The translations under genes and the position numbers were made by a program. The notes beneath the pieces were generated by a model. That model worked only from the letters and a program-made list of their open reading frames with translations, was not told the DNA's origin and made no database searches. Shown here piece after piece: positions 50,480-60,772 of a stretch of DNA of 64,000 nucleotides. Position 1 is the stretch's first letter; each line of letters starts with the position of its first letter. Origin of the DNA: an uncultured delta proteobacterium (GTDB lineage Bacteria; Myxococcota_A; Polyangia; Polyangiales; Polyangiaceae); contig CAWKKR010000008.1 of assembly GCA_963850305.1 (NCBI GenBank), forward strand, positions 544,001 through 608,000, in the 5' to 3' direction.

Positions 50480-50568
50480 GGGCGACGGAGCCGAAGGAGT
50501 TCGGGAAAGTCGTCGCTCTTTCCCGGGTGGGCGGCTTGCATCACCGTCACGTCAGGAGGGCGGTGTGA
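50480..50568 (+). mobile_element. C-terminal remnant of an integrase-core (rve) transposase
   Basis: FGKVVALSRVGGLHHRHVRRAV* matches the typical G.V...P.(L/V)GGLHH.Y.R.A* terminus. Confidence 0.6.
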
Positions 50569-50633
50569 CGTGCCCCGACCGATTCTCGGACGCGTATTTC
50601 GCCAGCGGGCGTCGTGATGTCGATGTGCCGTTT

Positions 50634-51170
50634 CTAGCGCACTCGAGCGTGTCGCTCGAGTGCGTAAAAGAGTCCCGCGACAAGCTCTCCGATGAGAACG
50701 ACGACGAGCCACGGGTCGACACCGAGCGTTCCGGGAATCGTCATGCCGATTCGCGGGGACCCCGCGATACGCGGCAGGATCCACGGATAGGCTCCGCCGA
50801 ATGCGAGCGCACCTGCGATGAGTCCCAAGGAGCCCGGGATCAAATAGTCCAGACGTCCTTCCCCCACGCCAGCGGCGATCGTTCCAGGGCAGAACCCGGA
50901 CGACGCCATGCCGACGCCAAAGATCAGGCCGCCGCAAAAATTGCCCGCGAAATAGGTCGGAGGGACCGGAATTGGAGCCGCGAGATCGAGCGCTTGGAGC
51001 GCTCGGATCCCAGCGGCGCCGACGACGAGCGCACTCAAGAGGAACTTAATCACCGTGAGATCCCGAAGCCGATACACGTTGACGATGACGTCGTAGCGAG
51101 CAAGGCCCGCTTTCTCGAGAAGCCACCCGAAGCAAACGCCGACGCCGAGGGCTTCGAAGACACTCGTCAT
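50634..51170 (-). CDS. YeeE/YedE sulfur-compound transporter (half-type)
   Basis: GVCFGWLLEKAG, LRDLTVIK, GGLIFGVG..GFCPGT; ATG 51170 overlaps the upstream stop. Confidence 0.88.
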   Translation of the reverse strand: MTSVFEALGVGVCFGWLLEKAGLARYDVIVNVYRLRDLTVIKFLLSALVVGAAGIRALQALDLAAPIPVPPTYFAGNFCGGLIFGVGMASSGFCPGTIAAGVGEGRLDYLIPGSLGLIAGALAFGGAYPWILPRIAGSPRIGMTIPGTLGVDPWLVVVLIGELVAGLFYALERHARVR

Positions 51171-52198
51171 CGCGTTCTCCTGTTGAGGAGCCACGCCGTC
51201 GGTGTCCCCGCCGCGAACATGCCGGCCATGAAGGCAAACGCGGCTGGTGCCAGGGCGGCGCCGCCGGATACGGCGAGACTCGCCGTGCACCCCCCCGCGA
51301 CGCCGGCAGCAAACTCGGTCAGCGCGGCTCCGGCGAACGCGACGATCCATCGTTTGGCGACGGTGTTGCCGAACGCATCGGCCCATTGAGTATCGGGCAT
51401 GATTCGAAACCGGAAACGCCCGCCCATGACGGCGGCTATCAGCGCGCCCCAAAGGGCGCCGACGAGAAGCAAGACGTCCCAGTGGTCGCGGGTCGAAACG
51501 ACGTGGCTGAAGTAGACTGACCGAGGCGCCAGCGTTCGCCCGATCGGAGCCGCAAGCTCCTGATACGCGCCACCCCCGCTCAGCCGGTGCCCGAAGAGCG
51601 CCATCGAGAAGGCGACGACGATACCGAGGAGGCTTCCGGCGAGATACGGGGACCAATATCCCCGCTCCGTCCGCGCCGATTGAATATCCGATGCGGCGCC
51701 TGCGCGTCGCCGCCGCTCGTTGACCACGACGTAGAACGCAACGAGAACACCGACACACAGAACGGTTCCCGCGAGAATCCTGTTGCCGGTCTGGTTTCGG
51801 TGACGCGGTTCGGGTGGTCGCGCCGACGTCGGCGGCCGTGGTGGTCCGGGAGCGCCGCGCGCCGCCACGTACGTCGACGAGATGCCCGGCTTGTCGGCGT
51901 GACACGACGCACACCGCTGCCCCGCGTTCGCCAGGGGGTCCGCCAGGCCCATGTGCGCCGTATCGTCGTACGCGCTCCGAGTCCCGCCGTGGCAGTCGAC
52001 GCAGAAGTCGCCGAATGCATGGTCTCGGTGCCAGGCGTCCGTGGCCACGAAGGAGCTCTCGCCAGAGATCTCATGGCATTGACGGCAGTTCGAGGGCGGC
52101 ACGCCGCACTGTGCGCCCGCCGGATCCGCGACACCGAAGATCGTCGCCGCAACGGCCGTGATCAACGACCATCGACGGAGTTCGGTAACGTGAGGCAC
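51167..52198 (-). CDS. Triheme cytochrome c fused to YeeE/YedE transporter domain
   Basis: Signal peptide; CRQCH, CVDCH, CASCH; TM; then YWSPYLAG..W..GA..AGGCTAS. Start approximate. Confidence 0.82.
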   Translation of the reverse strand: MPHVTELRRWSLITAVAATIFGVADPAGAQCGVPPSNCRQCHEISGESSFVATDAWHRDHAFGDFCVDCHGGTRSAYDDTAHMGLADPLANAGQRCASCHADKPGISSTYVAARGAPGPPRPPTSARPPEPRHRNQTGNRILAGTVLCVGVLVAFYVVVNERRRRAGAASDIQSARTERGYWSPYLAGSLLGIVVAFSMALFGHRLSGGGAYQELAAPIGRTLAPRSVYFSHVVSTRDHWDVLLLVGALWGALIAAVMGGRFRFRIMPDTQWADAFGNTVAKRWIVAFAGAALTEFAAGVAGGCTASLAVSGGAALAPAAFAFMAGMFAAGTPTAWLLNRRTR

Positions 52199-52436
52199 CC
52201 ACGGGTGATCGCAACAGCCGTGCCGGGTCGAAGGGCGCAAGCCCAGCGCGCCGCCGGATTGAATCGTTGATGCTCGAAGTCACCGACGCTTGTCACTGGG
52301 CTCGCGCACGCCGTGCACCGCCTCGCATGTTCTGCGCCCCTGAGGAGACGACATCATCTCCTCCTCGGGCCTTCACCTGAGGAGCGCCACTGGACCGGGG
52401 GCACGAGGCACTCGAATGCTGCGTCGTGCATTCGGC

Positions 52437-53684
52437 TCAGAATGTGGCGTCCAACCGAAGCTCCGGGGGCGCGACGCTTCGGCGGCTTTCGAGGGGCGCG
52501 CCGTCACTCAGCACTTCGGTTTTCGCCCCGCTCGAGACCAGGAGATAAACGCCGGGGGCGATGGCAATAACGCCGATCCCCGCCGTGACGCCGCCCGCCA
52601 CGAGGAGTCCGCTCTGGTCGGCGAGACCACCGGCGAGCGCCAGGAAGCCTCCGATGAACGCGAGGCCTCCGCCGAGCCCCGTCGTCACGATGCCGCCCAC
52701 GAAGGCGCCCGTGTTCCGCTCGTGGGCGAGCACTTCGAGGTCATTCTGCCCCGAGTATTTGCCGAGATCCGGGACTTCGAGCGTCTGGAAGTCGGGGCCC
52801 GTTTCCGTGCGGAGCTCGTAGTCGTCCGACGGGTTCATCCAGCGAGAGCAGGGTGTGCGGCAGACGAACTGCTGATTCGCGCGGAGCTCCCAGGCTCTGT
52901 CCGGCGTACCCGACTTGAACGTCACGTGCAGGGTTCCATCTCCGCGCTCCCTGGCGAATCGCGGCAGCGGGACCAGGAATGCCTGGATGGGCGAGCTGCA
53001 GTTCATCTCCGGGGTTTCGTCGGTGGATAGTTTGCAGCTCTCCCCGTCGCCCGCCTTGCGAAGGAGCGTCTCCGAGCTGCTCGTCTGCGCGCCGCCGGAG
53101 TACAGGCCGACGTTCACCGAGGCGTCCCCGCTCAGCGTGCCGCCGGAGTGGAGCTCGAAGGCGCCCATCGAGATCCCGACGAGCAGATGAGTGGCCCCGG
53201 CGCACTCGCCATAATCGGGGACGTCGGCGGCGGTGGAACCTTCGAGCACGTACTGACCCGAAACCGTCGTGGTCACCTCGAGGCGGCCCGAGCGCGCAAG
53301 CTCGCCCTTGAGTGCAAGGGCGCCGAGAGGTAACTTCGCGAAGAGCTCGTCGTTGTCGTGGATCTCGATCGAATCCGAGGACAGCGTCGTGCGCTGCCAC
53401 CGATAGCTCCCGCGAACGGTGCAGCCCGTGATCGGGCGCATGCTGCAGCCGGTGTACTCCACCGCGAGCGGGCCCGAGCGGAGACGCGCCTGAAGGTTTG
53501 CCTTTTCCGCCGCCGACCACTCCGTCACGAGCGGACTCTCGCCCCGCGCGGCCGCCTGGCAGCGCGCCTCATCGTCGGGCAGGCCCGGGGCCGTCGCGCG
53601 CATGAATCCTCTTCCGCCCCCGCAGGCGACGGTCAGCGTGGAGAGGATCCACGCAGTCGGGAACCGTCCGAACGCTGCGGGCAC
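52437..53684 (-). CDS. Cys-rich lipoprotein with C-terminal TM helices
   Basis: LTVAC lipobox; PLVTEW..EKANL..YTGC motif; hydrophobic C-terminus. Confidence 0.75.
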   Translation of the reverse strand: MPAAFGRFPTAWILSTLTVACGGGRGFMRATAPGLPDDEARCQAAARGESPLVTEWSAAEKANLQARLRSGPLAVEYTGCSMRPITGCTVRGSYRWQRTTLSSDSIEIHDNDELFAKLPLGALALKGELARSGRLEVTTTVSGQYVLEGSTAADVPDYGECAGATHLLVGISMGAFELHSGGTLSGDASVNVGLYSGGAQTSSSETLLRKAGDGESCKLSTDETPEMNCSSPIQAFLVPLPRFARERGDGTLHVTFKSGTPDRAWELRANQQFVCRTPCSRWMNPSDDYELRTETGPDFQTLEVPDLGKYSGQNDLEVLAHERNTGAFVGGIVTTGLGGGLAFIGGFLALAGGLADQSGLLVAGGVTAGIGVIAIAPGVYLLVSSGAKTEVLSDGAPLESRRSVAPPELRLDATF

Positions 53685-53840
53685 GATACACGACGATAAC
53701 AGATGCTCTCGGGCGCAGGGGGCGCATTTCGATTGGCACCCTTGCTCGACGGGTTCGGTCTCAGGGTTTCACTGGAGCCGGCGGTGCTGGGCAGCGTGGG
53801 GGAATGGATCGCTCTCGAACGACGGTGCCTCCGAGGGCGG

Positions 53841-54437
53841 TCATCTTCCAGCGCGGAGCGCGATCGCGATCGTCTCCTCGACGTGCTCTTGACCGATCGA
53901 GCGAAGAAACTCCACGTACTGCGCCAGCCTTCGGCGAAAGGCTTCGCCTTCGGGAGTGTCGCGGTCGGCATGCTCCACGTCTTCATGCGCGACGTCGAAG
54001 TTGATGTAACCACGACAGCACGGGGAGCCGCAGCAGCAAGGATCTCGCGCGGGTTCGTTCCGCGTGACCCAGCCGTAGAAGATGGTCACTTCCTGGCCCG
54101 GCGCGATCGGACGTTCGCATTGGATTCGACCTTCGCCATTCGAATAGATGGCCGCGTTCGGATTGCAGCTGTGATTGCAGAGCCACCCGCCCGGAACACT
54201 CGTATCCGGAATGATGACGAATGCTCCTTCCGACAGGAGGGTGAGCTTGGTATCCGCGGCGGCGATCGCTTCGGGGTCGTCGGCGTCGAGCCGGCGCTGC
54301 CTCGGTGCATACGCGACGATCATTTCTCCGGGGTCGAACCGCTGCTTGGCGAAGACGCCGCGACCGGCGATCGAGCTGTTGCGAAAGACGACCTTCGCCA
54401 GGCTGTACATCGGCTTCAGCGCCGGCCGCTTGCTCAT
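53841..54437 (-). CDS. SET + post-SET domain protein (lysine methyltransferase family)
   Basis: SSIAGRGVFA, NHSCNPN, PGQEVTIFY, CCCGSPCCRG; start ATG 54437. Confidence 0.9.
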   Translation of the reverse strand: MSKRPALKPMYSLAKVVFRNSSIAGRGVFAKQRFDPGEMIVAYAPRQRRLDADDPEAIAAADTKLTLLSEGAFVIIPDTSVPGGWLCNHSCNPNAAIYSNGEGRIQCERPIAPGQEVTIFYGWVTRNEPARDPCCCGSPCCRGYINFDVAHEDVEHADRDTPEGEAFRRRLAQYVEFLRSIGQEHVEETIAIALRAGR

Positions 54438-54493
54438 GAGGTGTGAGTCTATCAACTCCGCGTCGATGCCGCGGCGGGCCCACCGAGCTTCGT

Positions 54494-55471
54494 CTAGAAC
54501 GTCTCGTCGAGGCTCACGAAGCCTCCGCCGAGCGACGCGGTGGCATCCAGCGTCGTCGTTGGATTGCCGTGGTGACTCGTGAGGATGAAATACGTTCCGA
54601 CGCCGAGCGCCGCGGCGCCGACGATGAAGCTGACGGTGCTGACCGTGGACAGGGTTCGACCTGCGCTCGCGGCGTCGATGCCGGCCTGGCTGTCGCAAGT
54701 GTGAGCAGAGGTGTCGCAGTGATCGGCGACCGTGCTCTTCTTGCCAAGCGCCAGACCGCCGAGGACCAGCGCGGTGCCGACGCCAGCGACGCCGACTCCA
54801 CCGATAACGTAGCCCATCGTCCGATTGTCGCTGGCGGGCGCCGACTCCGTTGCGGGCACTGGCGCAGCGCTCGTCGGGGGTGCCGTGACGGCGTTCGCGA
54901 TCAAGGCAGGACCGGGGGCGACCACGAGCTCGCTCTTTTCGGCCTCGTGGAGCTCCGCCGAGTACGTCCCGTCGGCGAAGCCCGGTGCGGAGACGATGAT
55001 CGAGTGCGCGCCGGGATCCGCCGGAAGCGGAGTTCCGATGCCGATGCTGCCGAGATCGACGCCGTCACGCAAAACCTTGGTTCCAGCGGGCGCGCCCGGT
55101 GCGAGTCGGACCGTCAGCATTGGCAATCGCGTCTTCACTTCCGTGGCGCGTTGCTCGGCGATGTCCCGGCGCGGATCCCCTGCTGGAAGCTTCTCGGCCG
55201 CTTCCTCATACCACTGCCACGCCGCCGACAGATGGCCCCGCTTCTCCTCGCATCCGGCGAGATTCGCCATGGTGCCGGGAGCGGGATCGAGACGGTTGCT
55301 CTCCGAAAAGGAGGCGCACGCGGTCGCGTAGTCCGCGGCGGCCATCGCGGCGCGCCCCTTCTCGAAGAGCGCTTCCGCGATGCCCTTGTTGTCGCCATCG
55401 GCGTAGCTCGTCCCCGCGAGCAGCAGGGCCGTGCTCGCCGCCATCGCCCATCTTGCCGACCGCATTCGCAT
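54494..55471 (-). CDS. TPR + PEGA-like exported protein
   Basis: AEALFEKGR..AC..F.ES..LDPAPGT..NLA.C; DPGAH; C-terminal TM segments. The track's 5' extension is an antisense shadow of the kinase. Confidence 0.85.
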   Translation of the reverse strand: MRMRSARWAMAASTALLLAGTSYADGDNKGIAEALFEKGRAAMAAADYATACASFSESNRLDPAPGTMANLAGCEEKRGHLSAAWQWYEEAAEKLPAGDPRRDIAEQRATEVKTRLPMLTVRLAPGAPAGTKVLRDGVDLGSIGIGTPLPADPGAHSIIVSAPGFADGTYSAELHEAEKSELVVAPGPALIANAVTAPPTSAAPVPATESAPASDNRTMGYVIGGVGVAGVGTALVLGGLALGKKSTVADHCDTSAHTCDSQAGIDAASAGRTLSTVSTVSFIVGAAALGVGTYFILTSHHGNPTTTLDATASLGGGFVSLDETF

Positions 55472-55600
55472 GCCATCGCGAGGATACCCTGCGCGAACGG
55501 CAAGAGTAAGCAGGCTGCTCACGCGGCCGACACCCATGTCCCACATTGGCGCCAAAGAGGAACTCGGGCGCGCGCTGGTCCGTGATACCTTCTCGAGAGC

Positions 55601-57100
55601 GTGGATTCGCAAGCGGAACGTGCGGCGGCGAGGGTCGGCCTCGTCCTGAAGGAGAAGTGGCGACTCGACAAACTCGTCGGAGTTGGCGGCATGGCAGCGG
55701 TCTACGCGGCAACGCATCGTAACGGCAAGCGCGTCGCGATCAAGATGCTGCATCCGGAGATCTCGTTCGACACGCACGTCCGCGAACGGTTCCTGCGGGA
55801 AGGCTACGTCGCGAACGCGGTGGGACATCGAGGAGCAGTCACGGTGGACGATGATGACGTCGCCGACGACGGCTCCGCGTTCCTGGTCATGGAGCTCCTA
55901 GAAGGAGAGACGCTCGACCATCGCGCCGAGCGTAAAGGTGGCAAGCTCTCGCCGCCGGACGTTTTATCTCTCTGCGACCAGGTCCTCGACACGCTCGCCG
56001 CAGCGCATGCGCGGGGTGTCGTTCACCGCGATCTGAAGCCCGAGAACCTCTTTCTCACGAAGGACGGCGTCGTGAAGATCCTGGATTTCGGCATCGCGCG
56101 GCTGCGCGAACTGTCCGGAAGTAGCACGAGCACGCAGACCGGCTCGATGATGGGGACTCCCGCGTTCATGCCCCCGGAGCAGGCGCGTTCGCGCTGGAAC
56201 GAGGTGGATGCGCGGACGGACATCTGGGCGATCGGTGCGACGATGTTCACGCTTCTCACGGGGAGGTACGTGCATGAAGCCGAGACCGCCACCGAGGCGC
56301 TGGCGATGGCCGTGATGTCCGTGCCCCGATCGCTCGCCGAGATGGACGCGACCCTGCCACCGCTGGTCATCGAGGTCGTCGACACGGCGCTCCGGACGGA
56401 CAAGGCCGCGCGCTTTCAAGACGCAACCCTGATGCAAAACGCCGTGCGCGCCGCCTATCACGCGACGCAATCCACGAACGCAACGAGCGGCGAAGCCTTG
56501 CCCCCGGTCGACCGCTCGATGCTCGGCATGCCCGCGGACGACGCATTCGACGACCCGGACGCGCGAACCCCCACCGGCCCCGGCGTGGCCGCGACGCTGA
56601 CGCGATCCGCTGGGGGCACGAAGACCACCGGGGCCGGGGCGAAGACGATGCGTTCGCTGTCGCGCCCGGTTCTCGTCGCCGCAACGGCCGCGGGTGTGGC
56701 GCTCGTCGGAACGCTCGTCGTGCTGGGCACTGGCCATCGCGTCGCGCCCACGGCCGCGTCAATCGGTCGCGGGACCGCCAGCGCGGGACAACCGCTCGCA
56801 CCCGCTCGAGCGGCGAGTCCGGCGCCGGAGAATCCTCCGCCGCTCGTGGCCCCGGTGACGACCGTGCCGTCGGCGACTACGGAGCCCACTCCGCCGGCTC
56901 CGGCGGAAGCACTGCCCACTCCCAGGGAAGCGGTAGCGCACCCGCACCCGACGAACGAGATGTCCGCGCCGGCACGGGAACCACATCACGAGCGGATACC
57001 CGTGCGTGTCAAAGTCGGCGACGCACCGTCGAAGCCCGCGAGCGGGGCCGAAAAGGCGAAGCCCAGGACCGCAGACGACCCGTTCTCCGGGAGGTTTTGA
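55601..57100 (+). CDS. Membrane Ser/Thr protein kinase
   Basis: GVGGMAAVY, VAIK, HRDLKPEN, DFG, GTPAFMPPEQ, TM, Pro-rich tail. Confidence 0.96.
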   Translation: MDSQAERAAARVGLVLKEKWRLDKLVGVGGMAAVYAATHRNGKRVAIKMLHPEISFDTHVRERFLREGYVANAVGHRGAVTVDDDDVADDGSAFLVMELLEGETLDHRAERKGGKLSPPDVLSLCDQVLDTLAAAHARGVVHRDLKPENLFLTKDGVVKILDFGIARLRELSGSSTSTQTGSMMGTPAFMPPEQARSRWNEVDARTDIWAIGATMFTLLTGRYVHEAETATEALAMAVMSVPRSLAEMDATLPPLVIEVVDTALRTDKAARFQDATLMQNAVRAAYHATQSTNATSGEALPPVDRSMLGMPADDAFDDPDARTPTGPGVAATLTRSAGGTKTTGAGAKTMRSLSRPVLVAATAAGVALVGTLVVLGTGHRVAPTAASIGRGTASAGQPLAPARAASPAPENPPPLVAPVTTVPSATTEPTPPAPAEALPTPREAVAHPHPTNEMSAPAREPHHERIPVRVKVGDAPSKPASGAEKAKPRTADDPFSGRF

Positions 57101-58197
57101 GGCTCGTGCGTTCCTCGAATTCCTCGTGGCTCGTTCTTGCTGGCTTGCTCCCGACCATTGCGTGCGCGGACATCATCGGCGCCGACTTCGGGAGCTACCG
57201 ACTCGGCAAGGCCGACGCATCGGCGAACGGAGGAGCCGCGGAGTCAGGGGGACGTGGGACGTCTGATGGAGGCACCAGCACCGGGGCATCCGGGTCAGGC
57301 GGAAGCTCGGGTGGCGCGTCGTCGACCGGCGGCGCCGGCGGCTCGGGGGGAACGGTCGGTGAAGGCGGGACCGGTGGATCGGGCGGCGCACTGGACGCAG
57401 GCTCAGGAGGGATGGAGGGCGGTGTGGAACCCGACGCTGGAAAGTCGGGCCGCATGCGCGTGTTCGTCACGAGCTTGGTCCTGGATGGCTCCGCTTCCGC
57501 TGAGGCGTCCATCCTCACGCACCAGAATGTCGGCGGCCTCGGGGCGGCAGATGCGCTCTGTCAGTACCTGGCAGACAATGTCGCGCTCGGCGGAACCTGG
57601 ACGGCGTTCGTCTCCGGGGTGACGTCGAGCAACGTCCTGGTCGGCGCGGTCGATCGGATTCCGGAGGTGGGGCCCTGGTATCTCGTCGATCGGACGACGC
57701 GCATCTTTTCTTCGAAGCAAGCCTTCTTCAGCGCGCACCCCGAGATCGATAGGACCGAGACGGGCGCGACGGTCACATCGCCGACCCTCGTCTGGACCGG
57801 AACGACGACGACGGGAACTGCGTCCAGCAACCGCTGCATCGACTGGGCCGATGATCAGGTGACGGTCCTCGGAACGTGCGGGGACTCGACCTCGACCTCC
57901 ACGTCGTGGATGTCGACGACTGACGAGCCGTGTTCGACGTCGGGCCGGCTTTACTGCTTCGAGACAGCGCACGAGAATTCGCACGGAAGCGACGCAGGAA
58001 GCGGGGGCAACAGCGGAAGCGGTGGGGCCAGCGCGAGTGGTGGTGCGACGGGCGCCGGCGGAAGCACGCGTCCGTCCGTTTGCGCCGACGGCTCGACCAC
58101 GACGGGCTGTCCGGCGTGCATCGCCACTTCCGCAGTGTGCTGCAAGTCGACCGGCGTGTGCGGGTGTTCCGCGCTGTTCATCGAACCTTGCCAGTAA
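57097..58197 (+). CDS. Lipoprotein with DUF1554/endostatin-like domain
   Basis: TIAC lipobox, Gly/Ser linker, VFVTS..GGLGAADALCQ..WTG..C.DW..LYCFE. Confidence 0.75.
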   Translation: MRLVRSSNSSWLVLAGLLPTIACADIIGADFGSYRLGKADASANGGAAESGGRGTSDGGTSTGASGSGGSSGGASSTGGAGGSGGTVGEGGTGGSGGALDAGSGGMEGGVEPDAGKSGRMRVFVTSLVLDGSASAEASILTHQNVGGLGAADALCQYLADNVALGGTWTAFVSGVTSSNVLVGAVDRIPEVGPWYLVDRTTRIFSSKQAFFSAHPEIDRTETGATVTSPTLVWTGTTTTGTASSNRCIDWADDQVTVLGTCGDSTSTSTSWMSTTDEPCSTSGRLYCFETAHENSHGSDAGSGGNSGSGGASASGGATGAGGSTRPSVCADGSTTTGCPACIATSAVCCKSTGVCGCSALFIEPCQ

Positions 58198-58268
58198 CTC
58201 GCGCGAGTCCGATCCCCGCTGCCTCGTGCCCGGCCGACGTTGCCCGGCCTCGAGCTCACGCGCGACCC

Positions 58269-59105
58269 CTACGGACCTGGCCCCTTCGCTTGCCACGTTC
58301 CTGAACCGCTGCCTTGACTGCCCCCGACGCTGTGGGTCTCTGTCCAGGTGCCCGACGGGAACGACGCGGATGACGGATCGTACGTGGCGTCGATCGTGCC
58401 GGTGAACGGCGTGGGGGGCGTCGTGATGATGCCGAGGAGGTTGACGAGCTGGTAAGCGCCGTTCGTGAGCGAGCCGGTCAGGTTTCCCGTGCGGCAATCC
58501 AGGGTGCCCACGACGGTCGCGTCGAAATGCGCGAGCGCAGCCACCGAGCCCGCGTTCGTGCCGTCGAAGGTACCATCGAGGTTTCCATTCTCGAGCTGGA
58601 ACTGCGTGGTGCTCCCGGCGACGGGCGCCAGCGTGAAGACGATGGTACCGTCGAGTTGCGTTCCCAGGGAAAGCGAGGAAGCTCCCTTGAACGTCCCCGA
58701 GTACTTCCCCGCCGCGCATTCTCGAGCCGGGGCCGCGTCGGGGTGCGGACCTGCCTCTTTCGCCGGAGTGACGACGCTCGAATCATGCGGCGGCCTCGAT
58801 GCGTCGCGTCCGTCGTCGGTGACGGTCGAGGCCGGCTTCACGCCGTCGTAAGCGTACGTCCCGTCGATGCCGAGAATCTTCGTGCAACCCGCGCTCGCGA
58901 CGCCGGACGCAACCAAGAGCGCTCCGGTCGCGACGCGAGTCCGGGCAAGACGCCGATACACACCTGGCAATATACCCGAATCAGAGTGTGCCAGATGGCA
59001 CACGTCCAGCGCGACGCCGAACGCGGGCGGCGCAGCCCGAAGGAAGCACGTCCACATGCCCTTTCGCATGCATCGACGGCGCGTGTGGAGGCACCCCGTC
59101 GTCAC
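58269..59105 (-). CDS. Putative lipoprotein (start uncertain, probably near 58960-59020)
   Basis: SAGCTKILGID lipoprotein-like segment; Thr/Gly-rich beta domain. Confidence 0.65.
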   Translation of the reverse strand: MTTGCLHTRRRCMRKGMWTCFLRAAPPAFGVALDVCHLAHSDSGILPGVYRRLARTRVATGALLVASGVASAGCTKILGIDGTYAYDGVKPASTVTDDGRDASRPPHDSSVVTPAKEAGPHPDAAPARECAAGKYSGTFKGASSLSLGTQLDGTIVFTLAPVAGSTTQFQLENGNLDGTFDGTNAGSVAALAHFDATVVGTLDCRTGNLTGSLTNGAYQLVNLLGIITTPPTPFTGTIDATYDPSSASFPSGTWTETHSVGGSQGSGSGTWQAKGPGP

Positions 59106-59129
59106 CCCATCCGATTATGAGCGTTCAGA

Positions 59130-60772
59130 TCACGGCGCTTCGACGGCGCCAAGGGTGCAGCCCGTGGCGGCGCGGACGTCGCCGCGCTGATCGGTCGACG
59201 GACAGTTCGCACCCTGGCCGTCCGCGGGGCTACCGGACGCAGGCGCCATGGTCTCCGTCGCGCCGCCGTTGTCCTTCAGTGCGCCTAGCTCGGGATTGCC
59301 GCTCGCCGCCGGCGAAACACAGCCGTCGGAATCGTACGCGAGGTTCTGACCGCCGCTCACGAACGCGGTGCCCTTGCAATTGTCGTTCGAAAAGATGCTG
59401 TTCTCGAGCTTCACGCCGTTCGAGACCGCGAACAGGGCGTCGCCGTAGCCGGAGGTATTGCCCGCGAAGGTGCAGTTCAGAAAGGTGCCGGTGACATCGC
59501 TGGCAAACCACAACGCGCCACCCTGGTCCGAATTGTTGTTCGCGACGGTGACGTTCGTGAGGTTCGCGATCGCCGATTGCCCGACCCAGACGCCGCCGCC
59601 GTAGTGAGCCTGGTTGTTGGAGAGGGTGGTCGCCGTCATCGTGATCGCCGTGTATTCGAGGTAGAGGGCGCCGGCGTTTCCGGTCTTGGCGTCCGCGGAG
59701 TTGCCGTCGAACGTGGAGCGATCGATGGTCAGTCGGCTCGTCGTTATACGCGACGCGGAAGATCGCGCCTCCCGCGGCGTTCGAGTGGTTTTCGCGGAAC
59801 TGATCTCCGCAGAACGTCCAGTGAGTTGTTCTGGCCATCGTAGGAAAGCGCGCCGCCATCGCCACCGTGGCCGGGGTTGCCGTCGGTTCCTGTCGCGGGG
59901 TTGTCGTGAAGACGCTGTTCACGACGGTGACGTCCTCGTCCTGCGTGCCCACCGCGCCACCGTTGGAGCCACGTTCCCGGTGAACGTGCTCCCCTCGATG
60001 ACCAGCTTTCCGACGCCCTGGCCGTTGATGGCGCCGCCGGAGACGTCCTCGCCCGGTCGATCGCGCAATGGTTGTCCGTGAAGGTGCAGTCGATGACGGT
60101 GAGCGAGCCGCCGTCCTCGAAGATGGCGGCGCCGCCCGCCGTCGTGGTCCGTCGTGTTCAGCACGTCGGTCGTGAAGCCATCCGCGAATCCGAGGTTCTG
60201 CACGGTGAGCAGCGGCGTCGCGACGTTCCAGGCGCTCGTGATGTGAAGGATGCGCGTCTCTTGCTGCCGCTCAGCGTGACCTTGCCGCCACCGTCGATGA
60301 CCGTGTCTTTCTTGACGTCGATCTGCGACGTGACGGTGATGGTGTGCGCCGCAGCGCCGCAGTCGAACGTGACGACGCCTCCCTTCGTCACCGCGGCGAT
60401 TAGCGCTTGCTCGGTGCAGCTATCCGGCGTGCCGTTACCGACGACGGAACCAGGCGAGGACACGTCGGCGAGCGGGACCGGAGCGTCACAAGTAGCCGGC
60501 GGCGCGGAAGCGATGCCGCCCCCATCCGTCGCCGAACCGCCCGCGCCAATCGCACCGCCGGAACCGTTCGCCCCTCCGTTGCTCGACGCGCCACTCGAAC
60601 CCTTCGCTCCGCCGCTCGCACCGGAGCTACCCCCGGTGCCTGCGGCGCTGCCGCCGGCACTGGATGCGTCTGCGTCCTTGCCGCCGTGATCGCTTCCGCT
60701 CCCGCAGCCGAGCAGCACGAGGCACGAGACCAAGGCGGCCACCCGGAACGCTTGCTTCCGAAGGCCCGACAT
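59130..60772 (-). pseudogene. Right-handed beta-helix / choice-of-anchor Q-like lipoprotein split by several frameshifts
   Basis: Track ORFs 60158-60841, 59919-60203, 59230-59952 and 59130-59639 each carry consecutive pieces (LLGC lipobox; VTFDCG; GGAI..F..N repeats; LGALKDNGG..DQRG..GAVE). Confidence 0.8.

Noticed and set aside
52355..52405. IS3-like terminal repeat / hairpin (CTCCTC..GAGGAG, ACTGGACCGGGGGCA)
   Set aside because: Only a short resemblance; no partner end or transposase nearby.
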